Origin: Erysipelotrichaceae bacterium
GTDB taxonomy: Bacteria > Bacillota_I > Bacilli_A > Erysipelotrichales > Coprobacillaceae
Direction of reading: 5' to 3'
Assembly: GCA_028698185.1 (NCBI GenBank)
Contig: JAQVDW010000002.1
Span: 124,108-156,107, forward strand
Length of the DNA: 32,000 bases
The first letter of the stretch is position 1. Every line of letters starts with the position of its first letter. Below, in pieces: positions 1 to 8,926 of this stretch. The notes beneath the pieces are model-generated. The model was not told where the DNA came from. It searched no databases and worked only from the letters and a program-made list of their open reading frames with translations. Made by a program: the position numbers and the translations under genes.

Positions 1-72
1 ATCCATCAACATTTGTACTAATTCTTCATAGCGCTTTTCTATAGATTCTAATCTATCTATCATACTATCCAT
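1..72 (-). CDS. prfA: Peptide chain release factor 1, N-terminal 24 codons; the gene continues off the left edge
   Basis: The minus strand reads GGAGGT (79-84), 6 nt, then ATG at 72. The translation MDSMIDRLESIEKRYEELVQMLMD fits the RF1 N-terminal pattern DRLxSIExRYExL. tdk lies upstream, as in B. subtilis. Confidence 0.6.
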   Translation of the reverse strand, partial: MDSMIDRLESIEKRYEELVQMLMD

Positions 73-101
73 ATATATACCTCCAAGCCTTAAACATTGT
101 A

Positions 102-461
102 CTATAAATTTATTATTAATGATAGTAATACAACGAAAATATTTGCATAAAAACGGGAAAATCCACGATAAGATGCGCCAAAATTAATACCTGTAGAAAG
201 CCTGGTCAATATCATTTCCCTTCGCCACAGATTTTCCCGGTCCTTAAATGATATACCACTTATGTAAGATAAAACGCTAAAATAAATAGTATTGGATTCA
301 TTAATATCAAATATGCAATAGTATGCGCAATAATTGTCTTTAATGATAAAATTACCACTTTTAACGACCTGGTTAGATATTAAAAAATAATGCAAAAATC
401 GATATTTTTTATATGAAAACGCTTGCATTATCAGGGGTCGTGTGCTAGTATAATAGTACAA
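102..461 (-). CDS. Orphan AT-rich ORF (119 codons from TTG, 108 from ATG 428); coding status doubtful
   Basis: It is open for 119 codons in very AT-rich DNA, which is unusual because stop codons are AT-rich. There is no Shine-Dalgarno before either start and I recognise no family. It ends 30 nt before the prfA start. Confidence 0.2.
   Translation of the reverse strand: MYYYTSTRPLIMQAFSYKKYRFLHYFLISNQVVKSGNFIIKDNYCAYYCIFDINESNTIYFSVLSYISGISFKDRENLWRREMILTRLSTGINFGASYRGFSRFYANIFVVLLSLIINL
423..454 (+). promoter_or_regulatory. Sigma-A-like promoter facing the ORF-free gap
   Basis: TTGCAT (423-428), 17 nt, TAGTAT (446-451), overlapped by a perfect TATAAT (449-454). No credible ORF follows it. 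Confidence 0.35.
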
Positions 462-1075
462 GGAGGGTGGTAGTAATAGCCAATGAGATTTCTCTAAATC
501 TTAGTTGATGAGCAATCGGATATTAGGATACCAACGCAAGTTGGACAAATCGCAATAGAGGTTATGAGGTAGGTTACTAAGCTATGTAAGATTTGTTTAT
601 CAGCCATAATTACAGTCAGATTTCAGTTGATCTATTTGCCAAGACGGAAAAACAAAAGATTTGATTGCCGCTGAAATATGAATCCAAGAAATTATCGGAA
701 ATCGATAAAAAATCACTGATGAAATCGAGTTTGAAAATATGTAATTTGTTTATTGAAACTACGCTAGTTGAATCGACGAAAAGATTGATGCATAGTGAGA
801 TTTATTGGATGGTTTATTTCGTTAAACCATGTAAATTGTTGTAGCGTATTGACATATACTAATTGATCTAAAGCGAGATGGAATATTAATTTAAGACCCT
901 GACAACTTCGTGCGATGTAAAAGCGCAAGCCGATGGCAATTAAATCAATAATTAGTTAGATGAGAATATAACAACATTACCCTAATACCAAATAGCGATA
1001 TTTGCAGTAATAGTTTATATCAGTAAAATAATTAAAGAGAAATCTTCAAGAAGTTATAACTACACTCAAACCTGG

Positions 1076-1106
1076 AAAGGGGAAGGCGATTGCCTTCCTC
1101 TTTTTG
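1076..1106 (+). terminator. Rho-independent terminator with its T-run on the plus strand; may also serve the convergent LUD gene
   Basis: GGAAGGC (1081-1087), loop GATT, GCCTTCC (1092-1098), then TCTTTTTG. The stem can extend to 12 bp. On the minus strand the stem is followed only by CCCTTTCC. Confidence 0.6.
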
Positions 1107-1112
1107 ATACTT

Positions 1113-1733
1113 TTAATATCCCAATCCCTCACCGACAAGAATAACTTTGATCCTGTCTTTTTCCCGGGAATAGCGGGTTATGACTTCCTGCGCGCACATC
1201 GTCCCTTCTAGACATTCGCTGCATTTTCCAGTCAGAGCGCAAGGGGTCTTGAGACTCAGCCGCTGGGCATTTGGCACGCAAGCCATTGTCCTAATCCGTT
1301 TGATCGCACTTTCAACATCTGCGACCACCTTGTTTTTGCCGACCACTATGATGACCTGGTGAGGACCAAAACACAAAGCGGCGACCCGGTTGGAATTGCC
1401 GTCGATATTGACAAGCTGTCCGTCCAAAGTAATGGCATTGGTCGACATCAAGAAGATATCACTAACAAGGCACTGGCGCATCAGATCCGCCCTTTGCTCA
1501 TGGGTCTGCCCTCTTTCCCGGTCAATGAAATTGTAACCATCATTTCTCAAAATATCAACCAGTCCGATCTCCTTGATGGTCTCGCTACCGCCCATTCCAA
1601 TGGATTGTTCCTTATCGATGAGTTCAAGAACTTTTTTTAGAGCCTCTTGCTTGTTTTCCACATAGTATCCGGCCATATTGCGCCGGTTCAACCCTTTGAT
1701 GATAGTATTTGCCTGAATAGAGAAATAATCCAT
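1113..1733 (-). CDS. LUD-domain (YkgG/LutC-like, DUF162) protein with a C-terminal Cys cluster
   Basis: The translation resembles lactate-utilisation LUD-domain proteins (GMGGSETIKEIG, LMSTNAITLDGQLVNIDGNSNRV, CALTGKCSECLEGTMC). The start is moved to the ATG at 1733, which has GGAGG 6 nt upstream. The track start at 1751 has no RBS. Confidence 0.7.
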   Translation of the reverse strand: MDYFSIQANTIIKGLNRRNMAGYYVENKQEALKKVLELIDKEQSIGMGGSETIKEIGLVDILRNDGYNFIDRERGQTHEQRADLMRQCLVSDIFLMSTNAITLDGQLVNIDGNSNRVAALCFGPHQVIIVVGKNKVVADVESAIKRIRTMACVPNAQRLSLKTPCALTGKCSECLEGTMCAQEVITRYSREKDRIKVILVGEGLGY

Positions 1734-1782
1734 AAAAAACCTCCTTTTCAATCATCATAACCCATCTAAACCGTCTAAACAA

Positions 1783-1813
1783 CCAAAAAACCGTGCTTGT
1801 CGAGGGCACGGTT
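1783..1813 (-). terminator. Rho-independent terminator inside the 5' leader of the LUD gene
   Basis: The minus strand reads GCACGGTT-loop-AACCGTGC paired as an 8-bp stem (1789-1796 with 1806-1813), followed by TTTTTT. It lies about 50 nt upstream of the LUD start codon. Confidence 0.7.
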
Positions 1814-1961
1814 ATTGTTAAGATTCTTGGCGGATGTCTTAACTGGGAAGATTTGATAATTTTAAGGGAGTAAAATTATATTATTATCTACAAACATATA
1901 GTAAATAATTTTTGTTAACTGTTTATGAACATAAAACCATTTTTATAAATTTATTTTGTAC

Positions 1962-1987
1962 AAAAAAAGATTGGCTGAGCAATCTTT
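1962..1987 (-). terminator. tdk terminator
   Basis: The minus strand has stem AAGATTG/CAATCTT (1967-1973 with 1980-1986) followed by TTTTTTT, starting right after the tdk stop codon. Confidence 0.75.
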
Positions 1988-2596
1988 TCATTTACGCTTA
2001 TTATCGACAACTTTCGGCGGTTTTTCCACGACCTCGTGGCAGTGGCGGCAACGTGGCTCGTATTGACTTACTGATCCGACCAAAATGACCGCATCCGAAA
2101 ATTTAGCCGGTTTGCCGTTTATCAGTCTTTGGGTCCTCGTCGCCGGAGCTCCACAGACCGCACAGACTGCTGTCAGCTTGGAAATGAACTCGGCCTTGGA
2201 AAGAAGTTCACCCATGACCGGGAAGCATTCGCCCCTAAAGTCCTGGTCGAGCCCGGCAACAGTCACCCGAATGCCTTTGTCCGCGAGATATTCACATATG
2301 TCGATAATTTTCCGGTCCAGGAACTGAACCTCGTCGATAATTACAACCTCGACGCTATCATCTATATGTTCCAGAATTTCAACGCTATCCTTGACGGTTA
2401 TACACGGAACCCGGACACCTAGATGGGTTACGATCTCATCGCCGGAATAGCGATTGTCGATATGTGGCTTGAATACCATGATATTCTTCTTGGCATACTG
2501 GAAAACGGTGATTCTTCTGATCAGTTCCTCCGTCTTTCCGGCGAACATGCAGCCGCAAATTACCTCGATCCAGCCTTCTTCGTATTGATGATACAT
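1988..2596 (-). CDS. tdk: Thymidine kinase
   Basis: P-loop GCMFAGKTEEL and C-terminal zinc-ribbon cysteines (CAVCG ... CRHCH). The length of 202 aa is typical of TK. Confidence 0.95.
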   Translation of the reverse strand: MYHQYEEGWIEVICGCMFAGKTEELIRRITVFQYAKKNIMVFKPHIDNRYSGDEIVTHLGVRVPCITVKDSVEILEHIDDSVEVVIIDEVQFLDRKIIDICEYLADKGIRVTVAGLDQDFRGECFPVMGELLSKAEFISKLTAVCAVCGAPATRTQRLINGKPAKFSDAVILVGSVSQYEPRCRHCHEVVEKPPKVVDNKRK

Positions 2597-2597
2597 A

Positions 2598-3983
2598 TTA
2601 TGCCCTCACGTCCTTCAATGAATTAAAGTTCAAAGGATTCCCGTTCTCATCCACCTGGGCCAGATTGTTGAAGCGGGAAAATTCTTTCTGGAATTGGAGT
2701 TTCACTTCACCGGTCGACCCATTCCGGTGCTTGGCGATAATCAGCTCAGCGATATTATTTTCTTCCTGAGCTTCATCACCGATTTTCTTATAGTAATCCT
2801 CGCGATAAATGAAGGAAACGATATCCGCATCCTGCTCGATGGCCCCAGATTCTCTCAAATCCGAAAGCATCGGTCTTTTGTTTTCGCGTTGTTCAACCGA
2901 ACGGGAAAGCTGTGAAAGCGACAGCACCGGGCATTTCATTTCCCGGGCCAAGGCCTTGAGTTGCCTTGAGATATCCGATACTTCCTGCTGTCTTGACTCC
3001 CTTGAAGAGGTCGAACCGGTAATCAGCTGCAGATAATCAATCAGGATCAGTTTAAGGCCGTGATGTTCATGATTCAACTTGCGGCATTTGCTGATGATGT
3101 CATTGATTCTTATACCTGGCGAATCATCGATGTAAAGGTTGCATTTGTTGACTCGCTCGGCCGCTCCATAATATTTCATGGAATCGTGCTTAAGTACCTC
3201 TCCCGTACGCATCAGGCTACCCTCAATCTCGCCCATTGAACAGATAATCCGCTGAACGAGCTGTTCGGCAGGCATCTCGAGCGAAAATATGGCCACTGGC
3301 AAGTCCGAGTTTTCAGCTACCTGATGGGCTATATTCAAAGCAAAGGCGGTCTTGCCCATTGCGGGACGGGCAGCCAAGATGATCAGATCTCCTGCCTGGA
3401 GTCCCGATGTTATCTTGTCGAGGTCCTTGAATCCGGTCGCCACCCCGGATATCCCTCCGCTTTGTGCCTGGAGGATATTCAATCGTTCGGTGATATTGTT
3501 GACCACGCCGCGAATCTGTTTGAAATCCCCCGCCTCCCGGCTTTGAGTCACTTCCAGAAGCTTCTTTTCAACTTCCATTATGAAATCATCAAGGTCATCA
3601 ACCGGCTCATAGGATTCTTCGACGATCTGGCTGGCCTGGTAGATTATCTTCCGCAAAGTCGACTTTTCAATCAATATCTTCAGGTAATAATCAGTATGGG
3701 CCACCGTAGGTAAAGAATCGACCAGAGTAATGAGATACTCCATGCCACCGGTCTTGTCGCTCAAGCCATGATCGTTAAGATACGAATTGACGGTCGCATA
3801 ATCGACACCCTGTCCTTTTGCGGCTACTTTGGCTATGGCCTCAAAAATATAGCGGTTGCTGTCGATATAGAAGTCCTCGTCTGCTGCCTGATTCAAAACC
3901 CTATTTACTACATCATTATCAATAAGCATGGCTCCAAGCAGAGCCCGTTCAGCTTCAATATCATGTGGAATTTCCCGAGCCAT
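2598..3983 (-). CDS. dnaB: Replicative DNA helicase (DnaB family; DnaC in B. subtilis naming)
   Basis: N-terminal PHDIEAERALLGAML, Walker A ARPAMGKTAFALN and IDYLQLI motifs. The start is set at ATG 3983 (GGAGG plus 6 nt). The track start at 3989 is a TTG abutting the RBS. Confidence 0.95.
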   Translation of the reverse strand: MAREIPHDIEAERALLGAMLIDNDVVNRVLNQAADEDFYIDSNRYIFEAIAKVAAKGQGVDYATVNSYLNDHGLSDKTGGMEYLITLVDSLPTVAHTDYYLKILIEKSTLRKIIYQASQIVEESYEPVDDLDDFIMEVEKKLLEVTQSREAGDFKQIRGVVNNITERLNILQAQSGGISGVATGFKDLDKITSGLQAGDLIILAARPAMGKTAFALNIAHQVAENSDLPVAIFSLEMPAEQLVQRIICSMGEIEGSLMRTGEVLKHDSMKYYGAAERVNKCNLYIDDSPGIRINDIISKCRKLNHEHHGLKLILIDYLQLITGSTSSRESRQQEVSDISRQLKALAREMKCPVLSLSQLSRSVEQRENKRPMLSDLRESGAIEQDADIVSFIYREDYYKKIGDEAQEENNIAELIIAKHRNGSTGEVKLQFQKEFSRFNNLAQVDENGNPLNFNSLKDVRA

Positions 3984-3993
3984 ACCCAACCTC

Positions 3994-4440
3994 CTACTCT
4001 TCGATCAGATGCACCGTGATTGTCGCAATGACATCACGATAAAGTTCTACTTTAATTTTTGTATATCCTAACGCCTGGATTGGGCGTGCATCAATCATCT
4101 TGCGCTTGTCAATCCTGATATCATGTTTCTCGCGAAGGTCCTGAACTATCTGTTTGGTTGATACCGAACCGAATGTGCGACCGTCTTTTCCCGATTTTAG
4201 CTTGTATTCCAAAGTCAGGGCTTCGATGACTTCCTTGAGTTTTTCAGCCTTAGCCTTTCGTTCCTGCTCTTCAATTTGTCTTTGCTTTTCATTTTCCTTA
4301 ACAACTTCTTTGCCATAAGCTGTTTCGATTACAGCCAGCTTATTTTTAATCAGGAAATTCTGTCCGTAACCATCGGCCACTTTGACAACATCCCCCTTTT
4401 TTCCTACTTTTTTCACATCTTCCAATAAAATTACTTTCAT
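3994..4440 (-). CDS. rplI: 50S ribosomal protein L9
   Basis: [25 protein letters not shown] is the L9 N-terminus. Its position between gdpP and dnaB is conserved. Confidence 0.95.
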   Translation of the reverse strand: MKVILLEDVKKVGKKGDVVKVADGYGQNFLIKNKLAVIETAYGKEVVKENEKQRQIEEQERKAKAEKLKEVIEALTLEYKLKSGKDGRTFGSVSTKQIVQDLREKHDIRIDKRKMIDARPIQALGYTKIKVELYRDVIATITVHLIEE

Positions 4441-6404
4441 TTTTCCAAATTCCTTTCATCTAAATAATTGTCAATTGCAACTTCCAGTCTTTCCAGCACC
4501 TTTTCAATATCATTGGTTGCGAATTGGGCTGCCGCCATGGTGAAATGGCCACCGCCTCCCATGTTCTCGCAAATGAGCTGGACATTGATGTTCGATGTCG
4601 AACGGGCGGAAACCGCGACTTCATTATCGTCATCTAGACCGACCACGAAAACGGCATCGATATCCGAGATTTGCATCATATCATTACCGACCTGGGCGAG
4701 GATGGTCCGGGTGACAATCTGGTTGTCATCGGCAAAGGCAATCAGTATGTTTTCTTTATACAGATAGCTGTTTGACTTGATATTTATTTTTGTTTTGACT
4801 GTGAGATAGTCGTCTTGAAGCAGATCATAAGCCCCCTTGATGTCGGCTTGCATTTCTTTCAATGTGGCCGCAATCTCAAAAGTCCTGCTAGTCACCCGGT
4901 TGTTGAAAAACGAGGTGTCAATCAACAAACCGGTATACATGATTGTCGCCTCACGTTCCGTGATTGTGATTTCTTCCTTGAAGTACATCATCAGTTCGAC
5001 AGTCAGCTCGACAGTTGAACTCGCGGCCGGCTCAAGATAGGTCAGGACCGGAGCGTTCACAAACTCCTCGGAACGGCGGTGATGGTCGATAACCACCCGA
5101 TTTTTAACAGCACGGAGGACATCCTTGGAAATCGCCAGCGATGGTTTGTGGTTGTCGACATTTATCAACAACGTCCCGTTCCGATTCAATTCCAAAGCGG
5201 TGCTTGGACTGATGAAGACATCACTGTAGTAGGGATCTTCAATCAACTCCTTGTATACCGGAAGGACCTTCTCCTCGAGAGAATTAGCATCGATTATGAT
5301 ATGCACGTTTTTCGCGAAGGTCCTGCATATCTTGTAGAATGCCAGCGAACTCCCGAACGAATCGAAATCGGATATGACATGGCCCATGATATAGATATTG
5401 CTGGCCTGCTTAACCAGTCCCTTCAATGCTTGGGCGATAACCCGGGCCTTGATCCTTGACGATGATTCGCCAACAGCCAGGTTTCCCCCGAAGTATCGCA
5501 CTTCCTCATCCTTTGTTTTGACGGCGACCTGGGCCCCACCCCGGGACCGGGCCAGATTGATGGCGTTTATCGCCATGTCATCGAGCTCCCGAACTGCGGT
5601 TGCCTGCCGGCCGATTCCCATAGACAAGGAAAGTACAGCATCATAATCATCCGCGAGGGCATTGACATCATCGATAATCTTGAACTTGTCGGAAATCATC
5701 TTATTGTATATCCGTTCATTGAAGAAACCGAAATACGTATCTTCCTTATACTGTTTCAATGCGATGTCATTGGCGTCGGCCCAATCAACAATCATCTCCC
5801 GCAGTCGCGATTGGAGCATTGTCGCATTTCGCTCGTCGAGCGAATTGAACACGTCTTCATAGTTGTCGATCGACGCGTAGATGATGCATATTTGCTGGTC
5901 AAAAAAATCGTTTTCCAATGTGAAAAAGTCGGTGATGTCCTTAAGATAAAGGATTCTCTTGCTGTGATCGTTATATACCTCGAATTTATGGCCCCTGATG
6001 TCGATTACGGTTGTCTCATCCTGATTCTCGAACAGCTTGGCGAGCTTCGGTTGCCATTCAATGATCTTCTTGCCGTTGACAAAGGCCCCGATACTTTTGA
6101 ATATGTCGCTGCTCCATTCGATATTCCGGCTTTCATCATAATGGATGATTCCTAATCCGCCGTACAGGAAAAGATTCTCGGCCTCCTCATTGACCGCCTC
6201 ATAGATGTCGACAGTTTCCCGCAAAAGCAGATTGGAAGTGACGATTGCCAACATGCTGATGGCAACCGAATAGATGGATACCATAATCAAAATGGTCATC
6301 GAAGTGTACGACTGAACTATAATTTGTGAAATTACGGCTACGGCCAGGGTGACCAAAACCCCCATCATAATTATATTCCGCGCCAAAATTATTCTTTTTG
6401 CCAT
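4437..6404 (-). CDS. gdpP: GdpP/YybT-type DHH-DHHA1 phosphodiesterase (c-di-AMP phosphodiesterase family)
   Basis: Two N-terminal transmembrane helices, a central degenerate GGDEF-like region, DHH (IDHHRR) and a GGGH motif. ATGA overlap with rplI, and yybS-yybT-rplI-dnaC synteny. Confidence 0.9.
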   Translation of the reverse strand: MAKRIILARNIIMMGVLVTLAVAVISQIIVQSYTSMTILIMVSIYSVAISMLAIVTSNLLLRETVDIYEAVNEEAENLFLYGGLGIIHYDESRNIEWSSDIFKSIGAFVNGKKIIEWQPKLAKLFENQDETTVIDIRGHKFEVYNDHSKRILYLKDITDFFTLENDFFDQQICIIYASIDNYEDVFNSLDERNATMLQSRLREMIVDWADANDIALKQYKEDTYFGFFNERIYNKMISDKFKIIDDVNALADDYDAVLSLSMGIGRQATAVRELDDMAINAINLARSRGGAQVAVKTKDEEVRYFGGNLAVGESSSRIKARVIAQALKGLVKQASNIYIMGHVISDFDSFGSSLAFYKICRTFAKNVHIIIDANSLEEKVLPVYKELIEDPYYSDVFISPSTALELNRNGTLLINVDNHKPSLAISKDVLRAVKNRVVIDHHRRSEEFVNAPVLTYLEPAASSTVELTVELMMYFKEEITITEREATIMYTGLLIDTSFFNNRVTSRTFEIAATLKEMQADIKGAYDLLQDDYLTVKTKINIKSNSYLYKENILIAFADDNQIVTRTILAQVGNDMMQISDIDAVFVVGLDDDNEVAVSARSTSNINVQLICENMGGGGHFTMAAAQFATNDIEKVLERLEVAIDNYLDERNLEK

Positions 6405-6406
6405 AA

Positions 6407-6964
6407 TTATCTTCCTTTTTTGTAGTGTCGTTGTAACTTCATTAATACAAACCGCGAGTAGTTGTTTATTATCACACTTTCCATGACCGCGACCAAAACG
6501 AGTGTCGCTAGATACACGACCATCACCTTGTCCTGCCCAAATCCCAGCATCACTGTCAGCTCCTGGGCTTCCTGGATGCCGCTTTGCAAAAACAGCTCTC
6601 CCATAACCAAGAAAATGATGATGTTCTTGACTGTCGCCAGGGCGCCAATTGCCAGCAGGCAGCGGTAGTATGCATAATTTCGTTTCATCATTTGGGCCAA
6701 GAATGCTCCCAAAACAATTGTAAAAAGGGAGTAGCCAGCGAAAAACAGATTTCCAATCATAGCCAGGACCAGAAACAATGCCAGGGCACTCAACAATCCT
6801 TTGGCCATGGTGAAATTATAGGCATAAAGCATAAGACCCAATGTCAGGATATAGATAAGGATGATATCAAAAAAACCGCCGGAAAACAGATTGAATAGCC
6901 CGAAAACCGCTCCGATTCCTACATACATCGAGCCATATGTGATTGATAGAATTTGATTGCGCAA
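6407..6964 (-). CDS. YybS-like polytopic membrane protein (DUF2232 type)
   Basis: Hydrophobic multi-pass protein immediately upstream of gdpP, as yybS is in B. subtilis. The start is uncertain. GTG 6973 overlaps the AAGGAG, while TTG 6964 lies 8 nt after it. Confidence 0.6.
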   Translation of the reverse strand: MRNQILSITYGSMYVGIGAVFGLFNLFSGGFFDIILIYILTLGLMLYAYNFTMAKGLLSALALFLVLAMIGNLFFAGYSLFTIVLGAFLAQMMKRNYAYYRCLLAIGALATVKNIIIFLVMGELFLQSGIQEAQELTVMLGFGQDKVMVVYLATLVLVAVMESVIINNYSRFVLMKLQRHYKKGR

Positions 6965-7013
6965 TTTATCCACTCCTTATCCATTATAGCGAAAAATGGG
7001 GGCAAAAACAATT

Positions 7014-7043
7014 ATAAAGAAAAGCCTAGGCTTTTGCTAGGCT
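7014..7043 (-). terminator. Terminator of the glycosidase gene
   Basis: Stem AGCCTAG/CTAGGCT (7023-7029 with 7037-7043), followed on the minus strand by TTTCTTTAT. Confidence 0.65.
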
Positions 7044-7050
7044 AAATCGC

Positions 7051-8658
7051 TCACTTCATTGCTCCTGTATTCAAATCGATATCGACAATGTGGCAGTTCG
7101 AATCGCCGACATACTTTACAATGGCATGTGATTTATGAGTCACCACCCGGACTTGCTTATAGGTCTTGTTGAATGCCCCATAAAGATCCGTTATGGCTTG
7201 GGTTGGAATTAGATTCAAATCCTCACTCACAAATACGACGGAATCGAAAACGTTGTTAACGAATTGCAGCGTCTCCTTTTGCGAAGACGAAAGTTGGGTC
7301 ATGTCGTTGAGAACCACAACATCACTGCAGCTTGCCAGACCGCTTTTGGACAGATGTCTGCGGTAGATCGTACTTGCTATGGCATTTTTTGTCGAGATTC
7401 TTTCGCGTTGGAGATACCTTGAAATGCCCTTGCCGTCATAATCCTTGCCGATATTGCAACTCACCTGGACGACATCGACATGTCCGATCGCCAAAAACGG
7501 CGGAATCTGGCAGGCGATGATGATCTTGTCTTTAAGGCATTCACGGACAAATTTCATGGCCATATCGATGAGCACAGCTCTTGATTTGGATGTCTTGGCC
7601 AATCCGGCCGCATAGAGGAAATCGAGTTTGAAAATATCAAACCCAATCTCAAGATAATAGTCAAAGACGCTGCGAAGATAATCCTTGACCGGGGTAAGTT
7701 CGAGATTCAATGGATAGTGGCCACCCCACTCGATGCCCGATCTGGCATCTAAGATGAACCAATCGGGATGATTGGCATAAAGCTCGCTGTCGCCACTGGC
7801 TACAAACGGAGCCAGGTAAATGCCGGCCTTGATGCCTAGTTCATGAATCATGGTGACCGCCGGATTTAGCCCATCGGGAAATTTTTCCATGTCGGTTTTG
7901 AGCCAGTCGCCTATTTTGCTTTGATGCCCCTCGTCAATTATGAAGGCATCAAATGGAAGCGAGTTTTCCTTGATGATTTCAATATTTTCAAGTACAGCCT
8001 GGCTGCTTATGTTGTTGCCATAGTAATAACCGGTGCTGTAACCAAAAAGCGATTCAACCATCTTACTTTCAGCTTTGATCAGGTTGAAATAATCATCAAT
8101 CACTATCTCCTCGCCGGTTTCAATCACAACATCCAAAAGGACGGTTTCCCGATCAATTTCCAGGCCTCCAAAATCCTTCATGATGTTGATCTGATTGATT
8201 TTGGTATTGTGTTCGAATACCGTGAATCCGTTCGATTCATCAAGCGAACCCAGCAGCTTGAAGTTCGAGGCGTTGCGGATATAGGTATAGCTGTAGCTGT
8301 GGATTATTCCGGCCCGGTTTTTGTAATGGTAGAAATCATAATCACCATAGCTCGCTAACGCATGCTTTTCGATTACCGACTTGGGGATATTGTTAAGACC
8401 ACGGATTTTGCCATTGACTGGGTATTCTTTTGAGGTTGTCCATGACTGATAACCGTTTGAAAGAATGAACTCGTTTTTGTTGTAGTCGTGATGGTAAAAT
8501 GCCCGGACCGAATCGATTTTCAAAGGTGCGTGGGGCTTCACTGAAATAGTGTAATTACGCTCATCTTTTACAATCGTTACTTCCAAATCATCATCCTGGT
8601 AGGGGCCATTCAGTTTGATCATCTTTTTTTCGCCACCAAGAAAATACGTTAATTCCAT
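7051..8658 (-). CDS. Clan GH-D glycoside hydrolase, alpha-galactosidase (GH36)-like
   Basis: IDEGHQSKIGDW resembles DDGW...GDW, and GIYLAPF and FKLDF resemble the KxD nucleophile motif of melibiase-type enzymes. The start is set at ATG 8658 (AAGGAG plus 6 nt). Confidence 0.6.
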   Translation of the reverse strand: MELTYFLGGEKKMIKLNGPYQDDDLEVTIVKDERNYTISVKPHAPLKIDSVRAFYHHDYNKNEFILSNGYQSWTTSKEYPVNGKIRGLNNIPKSVIEKHALASYGDYDFYHYKNRAGIIHSYSYTYIRNASNFKLLGSLDESNGFTVFEHNTKINQINIMKDFGGLEIDRETVLLDVVIETGEEIVIDDYFNLIKAESKMVESLFGYSTGYYYGNNISSQAVLENIEIIKENSLPFDAFIIDEGHQSKIGDWLKTDMEKFPDGLNPAVTMIHELGIKAGIYLAPFVASGDSELYANHPDWFILDARSGIEWGGHYPLNLELTPVKDYLRSVFDYYLEIGFDIFKLDFLYAAGLAKTSKSRAVLIDMAMKFVRECLKDKIIIACQIPPFLAIGHVDVVQVSCNIGKDYDGKGISRYLQRERISTKNAIASTIYRRHLSKSGLASCSDVVVLNDMTQLSSSQKETLQFVNNVFDSVVFVSEDLNLIPTQAITDLYGAFNKTYKQVRVVTHKSHAIVKYVGDSNCHIVDIDLNTGAMK

Positions 8659-8926
8659 ATAAATCTCCTTATGCAAATGTTGGGATGGGTTTTATCCAGA
8701 TAAAAACAATCTATTATAATAATAAACCAATACATAAAAAATTGCCAATAATTATTGAACGCGGCGGTACCGGCATGAAATTTTCGACGTATAAAGGTTA
8801 CAACTTTAAAAAAATGTCGCTATTATGTCACACTAATCGAAATATTGGTAATAATTTTCCATTATCCCTTGTCTTTTTACTGGAGATATACTATTATTAT
8901 TTTTTTATTTGGGAGGGTTTGACTTT

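Noticed and set aside
719-844. 41-codon plus-strand mini-ORF (MKSSLKICNLF...) in the gap
   Set aside because: It has no Shine-Dalgarno and an AT-driven composition. It is kept only as a note within the ncRNA hypothesis.
470-1016. Similar words near both ends of the gap (GTAGTAATAG at 470-479 and GCAGTAATAG at 1005-1014), considered as possible target-site duplication or MITE ends
   Set aside because: This is only a 9-of-10 match between AT-rich 10-mers, which is chance level. I found no terminal inverted repeats and no transposase.
462-1112. The idea that the gap is a gene hidden by an alternative genetic code (UGA read as Trp)
   Set aside because: Neighbouring genes such as tdk and gdpP end with TGA and read cleanly in the standard bacterial code. 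The gap also contains many TAA and TAG stops.
1180-1640. Plus-strand ORFs (60 and 93 aa) inside the LUD gene
   Set aside because: They are antisense shadow frames of a well-supported minus-strand gene, with no RBS and low-complexity translations.
2085-6155. Many 60-130 aa plus-strand ORFs across tdk, dnaB, rplI and gdpP
   Set aside because: All are embedded antisense in genes with clear family motifs. None has a Shine-Dalgarno or a recognisable domain.
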